In this document: piece after piece, positions 1-9,010 of the stretch
How positions within the stretch are numbered: the first letter of the stretch is position 1
How the letters are laid out: each line of letters begins with the position of its first letter
Source of the DNA: Candidatus Obscuribacteraceae bacterium
GTDB lineage: Bacteria > Cyanobacteriota > Vampirovibrionia > Obscuribacterales > Obscuribacteraceae
Direction of reading: 5' to 3'
NCBI GenBank assembly: GCA_044226015.1
Contig: JBGAHS010000003.1
Coordinates: forward strand, 736,001 to 800,000
DNA: 64,000 bases
Program-made: the position numbers and the translations under genes
The notes under the pieces: model-generated
Database searches by the model: none
What the model was told of the DNA's origin: nothing
Seen by the model: the letters and a program-made list of their open reading frames with translations, nothing else

Positions 1-2
1 TC

Positions 3-392
3 TGCGCCGGTCAGACGGCCGAACTCGACAAGGTCGCCGAGAAGTACAAGGACAAGGTCTTCTTCGTGCAGGTGAAGCCCTCGCAGGTCGCGCCGCTGCT
101 GCCGAAAATCGCGCAGCTGACGGGCGGTCGCCTGGCCTTCCCGATGCACTTCATCGACACCGGCAAGATGCCGCTGGTCGACGTGGGCATCAAGACCGCC
201 GACGAACTCGACAAGATGGTCGAGGTCGCCCTCAAGGTCAAGTCTGGCGAAATCCAGATTCAGTCGGCGCCCAGCAGCGACGACACCGCGCCGGCCAACA
301 AGGACGGCGATGCTTCTGCCAAACCCGAGACGCCCGCCAAGAAGGACGATGGCGCTCTCCCCGCAACCACGACTTCGCCCAACGGCAAGTAA
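3..392 (+). CDS. Thioredoxin-like protein with low-complexity C-terminal tail (5'-truncated by window edge)
   Basis: Frame open from nt 3: CAGQTAELDKVAEKYKDKVFFVQV...FPMHFI resembles the thioredoxin helix2-strand segment after CxxC; GC-rich codon style. Confidence 0.5.
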   Translation, partial: CAGQTAELDKVAEKYKDKVFFVQVKPSQVAPLLPKIAQLTGGRLAFPMHFIDTGKMPLVDVGIKTADELDKMVEVALKVKSGEIQIQSAPSSDDTAPANKDGDASAKPETPAKKDDGALPATTTSPNGK

Positions 393-423
393 GTCGAACT
401 GATATCCTGAAGGAGTCACTACA

Positions 424-2286
424 ATGTTGACCAATCCTGGCCTCATTCTGCTCGTCGTCGGTCTGCTCGGACTCGCCGGCATGTTCTGCTTCAACGACAA
501 GTTCCGCAAGGAGCTCGGTCGCACCGCGTTCAAGTGGCGCTGGATGTTCCTCATCCCCGCCAGCATCTACGCCGTCACCTCCATCTTCCTCGGCGTCGGC
601 ACCACCAACTCCCTCGTTCCCGGCGCCCTCGGTGCCGTCCTGCAGATCGTCATGATGATGTTCATGATGGTCATCCAGTGGGTCGCCATGATGTGGATCA
701 TGGCGCGTCCGAAGATCGACTGGTACATGCCGGGCGAAACCCTGGACAACCTGACCTGGGACGACTACGTCGGCAACGACGAGATCCGCGACAAGATGAA
801 GGACCTGATGGACTTCCTGCAGGACCCGGACAAGTTCCGCGCCAAGGGTGCGAAGCTGCCGAAGGGTATCCTGATGCGCGGTGAGCCCGGCGTCGGCAAG
901 ACCTACCTGGCCCGCATCATCGCCAACGAAGCCGGCGTTCCGATCGCCATCTGCGAGTCGAGCTCGATGCAGAGCCCGTTCGTCGCGGTCGGCGCCCTCA
1001 TGGTGAAGTCGCTCTACAAGAAGCTGCGCAAGCATGCTCTGACCTACGGTTCCGCCATCGTCTTCTTCGACGAAATCGATGCGATCGGCATGAGCCGTTC
1101 GCGTCAGGGTGGTGCTGGTGCTGCCATGTCCTTCATGGGTGGTGGCGCCGGCGGTGGCATCCTCAACGCGCTGCTCGGCGCGATGGATGGCATCAACTCC
1201 AACGAAGGCTTCATCGCCAAGACCGCTCGCCGCTTCGGCCTGCACAAGGCAAAGCCGGCCAACGCGACCGTCATCACCATCGGCGCCACCAACGCTCCTC
1301 TGGAAGCGCTGGACCCGGCTCTGATCCGTGAAGGTCGTCTGGACTGGAAGATCACCGTCACCTCCGCCGGTGACGAGGGTCGTGAGCAGCAGATCCGCTA
1401 CTTCCTCGGCAAGCGTCCGCACGACGAGTCCGTCGACGTGAAGGACCTGGTCTCGGACTTCCGTGGTGAGACCCCGGTCGCCATCGACACCTCGCTCAAC
1501 AACGCCATGATCCGCGCCATCCGTGCGGGTCGTGAGAAGATGAACTACAACGACGTCATCATGAGCCTCTGGGACCGCAACTTCGGCCTGCCGAGCCCCA
1601 TCACTCTGGGCGAGCTGGACAAGGAGCGCGTCGCCTACCACGAGGCTGGTCACGCTCTGGTCGCTGCTCTCTGGCCGATGACCGGCTGGAGCTGCTGGGG
1701 TGCGAGCATCCTGCCCCGCGACGGCGCCCTCGGCATGGTCATCACCAAGCCGTTCGCCGACGTGCACACCAACACCGAGGAAGACCTGTCCCGCCGCATC
1801 CTGCTGTCGGTCGCGTCCCGCGCGGTGGAGGAGCTGGTTCTGAAGATCAAGATGAACGGCTTCTCGGGCGACCTGCAGTCCGCGACCACGGTTGCGGTGC
1901 ACATGCTGTCGACCTACGGCATGGGCGAAGACCTGATCTCCTTCTCGGCGATCGGTCAGCAGACCTCGCCGGAAGTGCTCGCGCACGCCAAGCTCATCGT
2001 CAAGGCTCACCTCGAGCTGGCGAAGGAGCTGGTGACCGAGAACAAGGCCTGCGTCGAGGCGATCGCCAAGGGTCTGCTCGCTGAGCGTGACCTCGACGGC
2101 CACGCCGTGCGCAAGATCGCCGAAGCCACGGCGGTCACTTCCAAGGACATCGAAATCTGGCCGCGTGCGGCTGCGATCATCGAGCGTCTCAAGGAAGAGG
2201 CGAAGGCCAAGAAGGTGAAGGAGCGCATCGAGTTCGCCAAGGCCCTCAAGGCCGCCGGCGCCGATGACGCTTCGCTGCTCGGCTAA
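424..2286 (+). CDS. FtsH-like membrane AAA+ zinc metalloprotease (M41), divergent paralog
   Basis: N-terminal TM segments; Walker A GEPGVGKT; Walker B IVFFDEID; SRH TN...LDPALIREGRLD; HEAGH zinc motif; SD GAAGGAG. Confidence 0.92.
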   Translation: MLTNPGLILLVVGLLGLAGMFCFNDKFRKELGRTAFKWRWMFLIPASIYAVTSIFLGVGTTNSLVPGALGAVLQIVMMMFMMVIQWVAMMWIMARPKIDWYMPGETLDNLTWDDYVGNDEIRDKMKDLMDFLQDPDKFRAKGAKLPKGILMRGEPGVGKTYLARIIANEAGVPIAICESSSMQSPFVAVGALMVKSLYKKLRKHALTYGSAIVFFDEIDAIGMSRSRQGGAGAAMSFMGGGAGGGILNALLGAMDGINSNEGFIAKTARRFGLHKAKPANATVITIGATNAPLEALDPALIREGRLDWKITVTSAGDEGREQQIRYFLGKRPHDESVDVKDLVSDFRGETPVAIDTSLNNAMIRAIRAGREKMNYNDVIMSLWDRNFGLPSPITLGELDKERVAYHEAGHALVAALWPMTGWSCWGASILPRDGALGMVITKPFADVHTNTEEDLSRRILLSVASRAVEELVLKIKMNGFSGDLQSATTVAVHMLSTYGMGEDLISFSAIGQQTSPEVLAHAKLIVKAHLELAKELVTENKACVEAIAKGLLAERDLDGHAVRKIAEATAVTSKDIEIWPRAAAIIERLKEEAKAKKVKERIEFAKALKAAGADDASLLG

Positions 2287-2353
2287 TCACTGAGCACGAA
2301 CCGCTCACAGCGGGGACCGGGCAAACGCTCGGTCCCCGTTCACAACTATGGAG

Positions 2354-2391
2354 AGACGGAAAGCCCCAGTGGCTTTCCGTCTTCCTTTTTT
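2354..2391 (+). terminator. Intrinsic terminator after the FtsH-like unit
   Basis: AGACGGAAAGCC/GGCTTTCCGTCT stem followed by T-run; a second hairpin lies at about 2311-2338. Confidence 0.8.
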
Positions 2392-2483
2392 ACATTTTCG
2401 GCTTCTACTTCTAATAGTGAGTTTTGCCGAAACAGCCTGCATTTCTTTGCAGACTGCTTCGCTAAAGCTCCCGCGATCGCAGC

Positions 2484-2653
2484 GTGGAATTGATATCCAG
2501 GACTGTCGATATCTCAAACGAAAAACTCGAACACTTCAGTGTTCCTGTCTATCTTGCAAACGCATGTACAAAAACGAATTCGCAGAATTCGTCTGGACTG
2601 CGACATCTCCTGTCCTGGAGAGACGCGAGCAATGGTGCCCGCGTAGATTCCAC
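2484..2653 (+). promoter_or_regulatory. Structured 5' leader (multibranch fold) of the 2681-3537 unit
   Basis: GTGGAAT(2484)/ATTCCAC(2647), TCCAGGAC(2496)/GTCCTGGA(2612), inner hairpins GAACAC-TTCA-GTGTTC and ACGAATTC-GCA-GAATTCGT. Confidence 0.55.
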
Positions 2654-2680
2654 TCAAGCAACTGACCAAAGGAGGTCACT

Positions 2681-3037
2681 ATGTCTCGCTGCGATCAATA
2701 CGTCGGTCTGAACGCCTGGGCTAGCCGCTTTGTCACCCGCAAGGTCAAGGTTCGCGAACAGGGCGTGCGCTACTTCGCCGATGGTTCGAAGCAGAGCTTC
2801 AACCGTTGGCGGCGCATGCCTGTCGCGCGCTGCGAACACGCTGGTATCATCCGCGGTGCCTGGAAACCCGAAGTCGCGAAGCTTCACCGCTACACGATGC
2901 CGAACGGCGAAGTGTATGTGGAATTCGTGCAAGCTGCCCCCTGGTGCGGTGGTCCCAACTACTTCATCGCGCTCAAGGACAAGCACGGGCAGGTCGTTCA
3001 AGAGTCCCTCTGGACCGACGAGGAGATTCAGGGCTAG
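2681..3037 (+). CDS. Hypothetical protein, paralog of 28594-28857
   Basis: SD AAGGAGG; GC-rich codons; shares Y.GLN..A, L.RYT.P.G.VY.E..Q, YF..L.D..G and LWT..E with 28594-28857. Confidence 0.85.
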   Translation: MSRCDQYVGLNAWASRFVTRKVKVREQGVRYFADGSKQSFNRWRRMPVARCEHAGIIRGAWKPEVAKLHRYTMPNGEVYVEFVQAAPWCGGPNYFIALKDKHGQVVQESLWTDEEIQG

Positions 3038-3144
3038 CACCCTGGTCTTCTAAGGGAACTGCAGACAGGAGGGCGGTGTGCTTCGGCGCGCTGCCCTCCT
3101 GTTGTTTCGCCTCGCCAATTCGATCAATCTCAGAAGAGGGAAAT

Positions 3145-3537
3145 ATGGAAGAACTCATCAAGCGACTTTTCGCCGCATCTTTCGCGGCAGTTACGGCCGG
3201 CGCTCTTTTCGCCGTCTTCTACAACGGACTTTCCGGTCGCTACATGATCGGCTACGACTACGACAGCACCATCTGGATTGGCGCCGCCTTCGGACTGCTG
3301 ACCACCGCCGGGCTCGCCATCAGCGGGGCTCTGAAGAAAGGCGTGAAGTGGCCGCGCATCGTCTTCTCCGGCTTCGGCACGGGCGCTCTGCTCTATCTCG
3401 CCAACGTCTGGCTGAGCCTGAACGCCGGCTTCACGCTGAAGGGACTGGCGGTCGTCTCCGGCTACGGCGGATTCTGCGCGGCGTTCATCGCGCTTTTCCT
3501 CTGGTCGGTCTTCGCGCCGCTTCCTTCCCAGGAATAA
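3145..3537 (+). CDS. Small 4-TM membrane protein (130 aa)
   Basis: ATG at 3145 after GAGGG; four hydrophobic segments; upstream part of the 2806 ORF overlaps another gene and a hairpin. Confidence 0.8.
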   Translation: MEELIKRLFAASFAAVTAGALFAVFYNGLSGRYMIGYDYDSTIWIGAAFGLLTTAGLAISGALKKGVKWPRIVFSGFGTGALLYLANVWLSLNAGFTLKGLAVVSGYGGFCAAFIALFLWSVFAPLPSQE

Positions 3538-3544
3538 GCGCACG

Positions 3545-3581
3545 GAAAGTGGCAGTTGAGCGAAAGCTCTCTGTCACTTTT
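3545..3581 (+). terminator. 3' hairpin of the 2681-3537 unit
   Basis: GAAAGTGGCAG...CTGTCACTTTT with inner GAGC-GAAA-GCTC. Confidence 0.7.
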
Positions 3582-3653
3582 CGACTTTTAAATCACAAAA
3601 TTCGCGCATCTCAAACCCATTCTTGTCTTTTAAACGCCTTTTTGTCTTTTAAA
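3577..3653 (+). repeat. Three copies of tail motif CTTTTT-N4-TTTAAA
   Basis: CTTTTCGACTTTTAAA 3577-3592, ATTCTTGTCTTTTAAA 3619-3634, CTTTTTGTCTTTTAAA 3638-3653. Confidence 0.8.
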
Positions 3654-3654
3654 T

Positions 3655-6150
3655 TCACTCTGATTGACTGCCAGAATCTCGTCGGCTAGTCAGCAAAAGA
3701 GAGACGAACGCGCAAACGTAGAACAAGACGCCGCAAATAAATGAAAGTTGAATTCCAGCGAGCATTGCCACAATTATTGCCAGCACTGAGGTCCAAACTG
3801 ATGATGCACCGTTTATGCCCCAGAGCCACGGAGTAAGCGCCGGAGCCTGCTTGAGGGCGACTCTCATACCAGCAGGAAAGCCACTGCCAAGAGCCAGTCC
3901 GAGAGGAAAAAGCAAAGCAACGGCGCTAAGAATTCGCCCGCTGATTTGATATTCCACGCCAGCATCTAAAATGCCACCAGATACGCTGGCATACAAAACG
4001 AGCAAAAGCAGAATGATCGCTGGCGCTGCTACTGCTTGAATCTTGCCTTTGCTAATCCAAACCTCAGACAGAGCACTTCCTACTCCGGTAGAAAGTAAGA
4101 GAGCGAAAAGAACAACGGAAAGACCATAAACAGGATGCCCAAGGAAAATTGTCAGCCTCTCAATTTGAGACATCTCAATAAACATGAAGCCAGCACCGAT
4201 GCAAAAAAAGTATGCCAATAGATACTTCGAACTTTTGATCAGCTCTTTGTCGCTGCTCTGAAGATAGGGAATTCTGATGCAATAAACAGCGATGACAAAA
4301 GTTGCAAGTCCTGCCACAAGCAAAAGCAAGCCAGCCATTATATTGCTTATGTTCATGTTGCGTGCAAAAGCTTGCGGGTCAGTCAAATGAGCCAGACTGA
4401 TTGGCTGAAAGAAAAACGGACTATCATCCGTAGGAGCCTGCAGGTTGAAGGGCACGGAAGCAGCGGCCTTGGCGGGGTCTTCTCCTCTGGCTAAAGCAGC
4501 AAGTATTGGGTCTTTAGAATTATGCAAATCGTACATAAGTTCAAAGCCCATATCAGCTGCATACTGTTCTATCTTTTTGTAATCATCTTCTGAAAATGAG
4601 TCTGGAGAAAGAAGCAAGGTTCCCACACCATCGGGAATCATGTTTTCTTTCAAAGGCATATTGCGCAAAACAATGATGTGAGAAGAAGGATCCTTCCCTT
4701 GCAATTTCAAACTGTGTGCCGAAAGAGCCACAAGCCGGTAAAACTCTGATGGAATGCCGTGTGCGTACCATCGCGACACGGTCAAAACACCATGTGGCTT
4801 TAAGTGATTCAACAAAATTCGAAAAGACTCGACAGTATAGAGCCCATTTTCAGACAGAGTATAGGCACCGCTAGCAGTGGCAGCCCAGGTGTCAATCATC
4901 GACACCTGAATAATGTCAAACTTACTTTGAGTTCTGGTGATATAGCTGCGCGCCTCATCGTTTACTAGCGTAACGCGCGAGTTTGATTTCAGGTGGCCGC
5001 TGTAGTCCGCAAAGCGATCATGCACAGTGTTTAATATGTTTTCGTTGATATCGATCGCTGTCACATGACTATCACCAAATATCAGCGCAGACAGCAAATC
5101 TTTGCCGCCACCAGCTCCCACAATAGCGGTTTCAGACGCTGGGCGAATATAGTGCACCGCATTCGAGATTTCGTATTTAAGATGGTCTACTACACTTGCA
5201 TCTCCAGAAAATTTCAGTATGGGTGTTGCGGCCCCTCCATCAATGTCCAGATATAAGAACCTGGCTTTCACTCCCGCAACACGTGGGCTAAGTCCATAGG
5301 GATCGGCAACGCTCATTGCCTCTCCATCTCCGAAAACTCTCACACGCGAAAATGAATTCCAGAGATGATAAAGGTTCGCAGACTCTCTCAGTCCTTTTGT
5401 CCACCCAATCGTAATCAATGGGTGCTGGCTGCGGTATGTCATAGCTTGAACTGCTGTTCCTAAAGCGAAGAGCAGCGAACAAACAATTGCAAGCAAACTC
5501 AAGTTCTTGTTTTTTTCTGGACTTGAGCAATTGAACAGCAACGCTGCCAGAGACGCTACCGCTGAGATCATAAACACACAACTAATACCATCCATCAGCC
5601 TCAAGGCCCAGACCAGAGCCAAACACCCGAGGGCGGCGCCAACAAGGTCTGCAGCATATAGCGCAGCAACCTGTTTGGGAAAGCGCGTCAAACAAAGCGA
5701 AATCACAATTCCGCTTGCACTAAAGGCCGCTATGGTAAAAGGTATTGTCACAAGTAACGCCAGCACCATGATTACCGCAGCATTAGCATCACCAAGCAAA
5801 TAGGGAAAGTACAAATGCACAAGAATAGCTAGTGCAGCAAGAATGCTGAAGCCTGCAGAAAACAGAGACATATGTTCACTGCTGCGTTCTTGCGTGAAAA
5901 AAGCAGGGCGCAAATATACGGCGATGCCTCCAGCGGCAAGTCCAGTAATAGTCACAGAGATTGATAGAAAAGCAAAGTGATACCAGGTAGTAACACTAAA
6001 AATGCGGGTGAGCAAGACCTCATACATGAGCGTTGCCATAGCCAGCAAGAATAGACCCGCAAACGTGCGAAAATTTGCCACTTCGAAAACTCTTTCAGAT
6101 AGTAATACCGAACTAATCGATCTTACACGATAGGGATCTAAGTCGGCCAC
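3655..6150 (-). CDS. Membrane-bound spermidine synthase-like SAM-dependent transferase (multi-TM N- and C-termini)
   Basis: IVGAGGGKD SAM-binding loop, DEARSYI, FDIIQ, LYTVESF, APTDDSPFF motifs flanked by TM helices. Confidence 0.8.
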   Translation of the reverse strand: MADLDPYRVRSISSVLLSERVFEVANFRTFAGLFLLAMATLMYEVLLTRIFSVTTWYHFAFLSISVTITGLAAGGIAVYLRPAFFTQERSSEHMSLFSAGFSILAALAILVHLYFPYLLGDANAAVIMVLALLVTIPFTIAAFSASGIVISLCLTRFPKQVAALYAADLVGAALGCLALVWALRLMDGISCVFMISAVASLAALLFNCSSPEKNKNLSLLAIVCSLLFALGTAVQAMTYRSQHPLITIGWTKGLRESANLYHLWNSFSRVRVFGDGEAMSVADPYGLSPRVAGVKARFLYLDIDGGAATPILKFSGDASVVDHLKYEISNAVHYIRPASETAIVGAGGGKDLLSALIFGDSHVTAIDINENILNTVHDRFADYSGHLKSNSRVTLVNDEARSYITRTQSKFDIIQVSMIDTWAATASGAYTLSENGLYTVESFRILLNHLKPHGVLTVSRWYAHGIPSEFYRLVALSAHSLKLQGKDPSSHIIVLRNMPLKENMIPDGVGTLLLSPDSFSEDDYKKIEQYAADMGFELMYDLHNSKDPILAALARGEDPAKAAASVPFNLQAPTDDSPFFFQPISLAHLTDPQAFARNMNISNIMAGLLLLVAGLATFVIAVYCIRIPYLQSSDKELIKSSKYLLAYFFCIGAGFMFIEMSQIERLTIFLGHPVYGLSVVLFALLLSTGVGSALSEVWISKGKIQAVAAPAIILLLLVLYASVSGGILDAGVEYQISGRILSAVALLFPLGLALGSGFPAGMRVALKQAPALTPWLWGINGASSVWTSVLAIIVAMLAGIQLSFICGVLFYVCAFVSLLLTSRRDSGSQSE

Positions 6151-6461
6151 TTTACTAGGCCAGCAAACAGGTTTTGGGATTTTCCAATGATCCTAGCTCA
6201 AGCTAGCGCAGACTGGGCGAAACGAGCTATCGTAGGTTCCCATGCTTAGATCTGCAGTTCTGAATCGCAAAATTATCAGCAGCAAGACGTTGTTAGCAAC
6301 AGTGGTGCAGCGGCACTAATGATGTGCGGCCCGATTTTCTGTCTAATCTGGAAAGAAAGAGCCGCTAAACGCCCAAAACGTCCGCCTGGCGGGGTTACAT
6401 CTCACTCATCTACTTGCATGGCTGATGCACTGGTGGCTAAGGTGGTGGCGTCACTCCATAT

Positions 6462-6582
6462 TGCCGATCCGGTAAAGAACTCCCGAACACGCGCATAGCT
6501 CACACTCTTCATCACATCAAGCGAACCTGAGGTATCGCTAAGGAGAGTTGGCTTGCTGTTTGTTCTGGAATTCTTGTCGGCA
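6462..6582 (+). promoter_or_regulatory. Structured 5' leader of the aminopeptidase unit
   Basis: TGCCGA(6462)/TCGGCA(6577) and AAGAACTCCCGAACA/TGTTCTGGAATTCTT form a long imperfect stem. Confidence 0.5.
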
Positions 6583-6618
6583 GGGAAACATAACAAACCA
6601 ACGCAGAAAGGTTTTCTC

Positions 6619-7884
6619 ATGAATACCAAATCCGGTTCCGCTTCACCGCGGAAGCTTTCTCATGCCGCGCGTATCGACCGTCTCGGCAATGTTGCCGTGA
6701 ACGTCGGCCTCGGCCTTCAGCCCGGTCAGGAACTCATTCTCTCGGCCCCGGTCGAAGCGCTTCCTCTGGTTCGCGCCATCACCGAGCACGCCTACAAGGC
6801 GGGCGCTCCCGCGGTGCACACGTTCTACACGGACGAGCAATCGACGCTGGCGCGCTACAAGTTCGCTCACGACCACACCTTCGACCACGCGGCCACCTGG
6901 CTCGTCGACGGCATGGCCTCCGCCCTTCGCAACGGTGCGGCTCGCCTCTCCATCACCGGCAGCCACCCTTCGTTGCTCGCCGAACAAGACCCCAGCAAGG
7001 TGGGACGAGCCATGAAGGCTTCGTCTGCCGCCAGCCGCGGGGTCGCGAAAATCATCGGCGGCTTCGAGGTCAACTGGTCCATCGTGTCCTTCGCCAGCCC
7101 GGCCTGGGCCCGAATGGTCTTCCCGCACCTGCCCGAGAAGCAAGCCGTCAAGGCTCTTTGGGAAGCCATCTTCGCCGCATCGCGCGTCAACTGCGAAGAC
7201 CCGGTGGCCGAATGGAAGGCGCACAATAAGGCGCTCGCCACCCGCACCGCCTGGCTCAACGACAAGCGCTTCTCCACCCTGCACTTCAAGGGTCCCGGCA
7301 CCGACCTGAAGGTCGGCCTGGCCGACGACCACACCTGGTGCGGCGGCGCAGAGAAAGCAAGAAACGGTGTCGTCTGCAATCCGAACATCCCCACCGAGGA
7401 GGTGTTCACGACGCCGCACATGCTGCGCACCGAGGGCTACGTCAGCTCCACCAAGCCGCTCTCGAACAATGGCGCCCTCATGGACGGCATCCGCGTTCGA
7501 TTCGAAGGCGGTCGCATCGTCGAAGCGAGCGCAAGCAAGGGTCAGGACGCTCTCGATCGCATGATCAACGCGGACGAAGGCGCGCGCCGGCTGGGTGAAG
7601 TTGCCCTGGTGCCGCACTCCTCGCCCATCTCGGCCAGCGGCGTGCTGTTCTACAACACGCTCTACGACGAGAACGCCGCCAGCCACATCGCGCTGGGTCG
7701 TGCGTACAACACCTGCATCAGCAACGGCGGCAACATGAGCCAGGACGAGCTGAGCAGCCGTGGCTCGAACGACAGCGTCATTCACGTCGACTGGATGATC
7801 GGCTCTGACAAGGTCGACGTCGACGGCATCAACGCCGACGGCAGCGTCGAGCCGGTGATGCGCAAGGGTGAGTGGGCGCAGTAA
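6619..7884 (+). CDS. Aminopeptidase, peptidase family M29 (AmpS/PepS/AmpT type)
   Basis: NIPTEEVFT, LGEVALV, LYDENAASHIALG, SVIHVDWMIG motifs; ATG at 6619 after GAAAGG. Confidence 0.93.
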   Translation: MNTKSGSASPRKLSHAARIDRLGNVAVNVGLGLQPGQELILSAPVEALPLVRAITEHAYKAGAPAVHTFYTDEQSTLARYKFAHDHTFDHAATWLVDGMASALRNGAARLSITGSHPSLLAEQDPSKVGRAMKASSAASRGVAKIIGGFEVNWSIVSFASPAWARMVFPHLPEKQAVKALWEAIFAASRVNCEDPVAEWKAHNKALATRTAWLNDKRFSTLHFKGPGTDLKVGLADDHTWCGGAEKARNGVVCNPNIPTEEVFTTPHMLRTEGYVSSTKPLSNNGALMDGIRVRFEGGRIVEASASKGQDALDRMINADEGARRLGEVALVPHSSPISASGVLFYNTLYDENAASHIALGRAYNTCISNGGNMSQDELSSRGSNDSVIHVDWMIGSDKVDVDGINADGSVEPVMRKGEWAQ

Positions 7885-8029
7885 GGGTCAATTCCTGAAC
7901 AGGAGGTCCGCCATCATATCCGGTGCGCGGACCTCCTACTTTCCTAGCGTACCATCAGCAACTTTGGTGGCAGAACGGGTCTAACGATGCTGCTCTGCCA
8001 CCTTCCATGCTGATTCCCAAAAGGAGGAC

Positions 8030-8332
8030 ATGATGTCCTGGTACACCGGAAAAGTGCTTCAAATCCAAACGGAGGCGAAGTCAACCACCACAACCGAAAA
8101 ATCTCTGCTTTCGTGCAAGACCAGCACAACGACCGAAACGGTCTATTACCTGCTGATCCAAATCGAAGAACACAAGCAACCGATCGCCCTGCGAGGTTCC
8201 GCAAAATGGATGCCGGAACTTCCGCTTGTCCTGGTCGGCGACACCATCAGCTTCACCATTCCGCGCAACTCCGCGCAGTATGGATTTGCACAACTCAGCA
8301 TCCATTTCAACAAAAGAGAGCCCAACAAATGA
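8030..8332 (+). CDS. Hypothetical beta-rich protein (100 aa)
   Basis: SD AGGAGG; stop overlaps next start (ATGA). Confidence 0.7.
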   Translation: MMSWYTGKVLQIQTEAKSTTTTEKSLLSCKTSTTTETVYYLLIQIEEHKQPIALRGSAKWMPELPLVLVGDTISFTIPRNSAQYGFAQLSIHFNKREPNK

Positions 8333-8685
8333 AAACCCTCTACTCCTTCGTCGGCGGCATGGCTGCCTCCGCAGTCGCATTCCTCGCCGTCAACGAATTC
8401 GTCGTCAACAACGTCTTCACGTTCTGGCCCTCGCTTCTGGTCGGCGCCGCCTTCGGCTTCATCAGCAGCCTCGTCCTCGGCGTGACCGACACGACCAAGC
8501 TGGTGCCGGCCGGCATCACTTCCGGGCTGAGCCTCGCGGGCTTCATCGCCATTCTCGGCGGTATCGCTTCGCTGAGCGCTGGCGCCGGTGCAGGACTGCT
8601 CTCGCTGCCTGCCGCGATCGCCGTCTTCGGCTTTGTCGGTGTCATGGGAGGCATCGGTTACTCGCTCGGCAACAAGCTGGGCTGA
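8329..8685 (+). CDS. Small Gly/Ala-rich 4-TM membrane protein (118 aa)
   Basis: ATGA coupling to upstream gene; hydrophobic; C-ending codons. Confidence 0.8.
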   Translation: MKTLYSFVGGMAASAVAFLAVNEFVVNNVFTFWPSLLVGAAFGFISSLVLGVTDTTKLVPAGITSGLSLAGFIAILGGIASLSAGAGAGLLSLPAAIAVFGFVGVMGGIGYSLGNKLG

Positions 8686-8698
8686 GCCGACTTCTTGG

Positions 8699-8740
8699 GT
8701 GCTCAGGCATTGGGGAAACTCAGTGCCTGAGCACTTTTCT
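8699..8740 (+). terminator. 3' hairpin/terminator of the aminopeptidase unit
   Basis: GTGCTCAGGCATTG/CAGTGCCTGAGCAC then TTTTCT. Confidence 0.8.
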
Positions 8741-8809
8741 CGAACTCAGAGATTAAGATGAACTCCCTCAATCGCGTCCTCTTCGTAGCCATTTCATCCA
8801 TCTTTTTTT

Positions 8810-8825
8810 CTTTTTGCATTTTAAA
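8810..8825 (+). repeat. Tail motif copy
   Basis: CTTTTTGCATTTTAAA. Confidence 0.75.
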
Positions 8826-9010
8826 TATGCTGACACCATATACAATGGCACACAACACAACACCGAATATGACACCATCACGTTTCATTTGTTTTCACCC
8901 TCAGCTTGCTACCGACCATAGTAGATACACATGAAATTATTGAATCGCGCGAGTCCCCACGAGCAAGATCGGGTAGATCTTGCTAAGACAAATACTCTGC
9001 TGGAGCGTAA

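Noticed and set aside
238..2103. 621-aa antisense ORF, and similar ones over the M29, pepF, M4 and patatin genes, as real genes
   Set aside because: They are in exact codon register with well-supported sense genes, have no recognisable motifs, and are explained by absence of TTA/CTA/TCA codons.
2305..3660. Integron attC sites between cassette genes
   Set aside because: The hairpins lack evident RYYYAAC...GTTRRRY ends, no integrase is present, and the units carry their own leaders and terminators.
8703..8888. 61-aa minus-strand ORF with a hydrophobic N-terminus
   Set aside because: It runs through the tail motif and terminator hairpin. It could be real but has no independent support.
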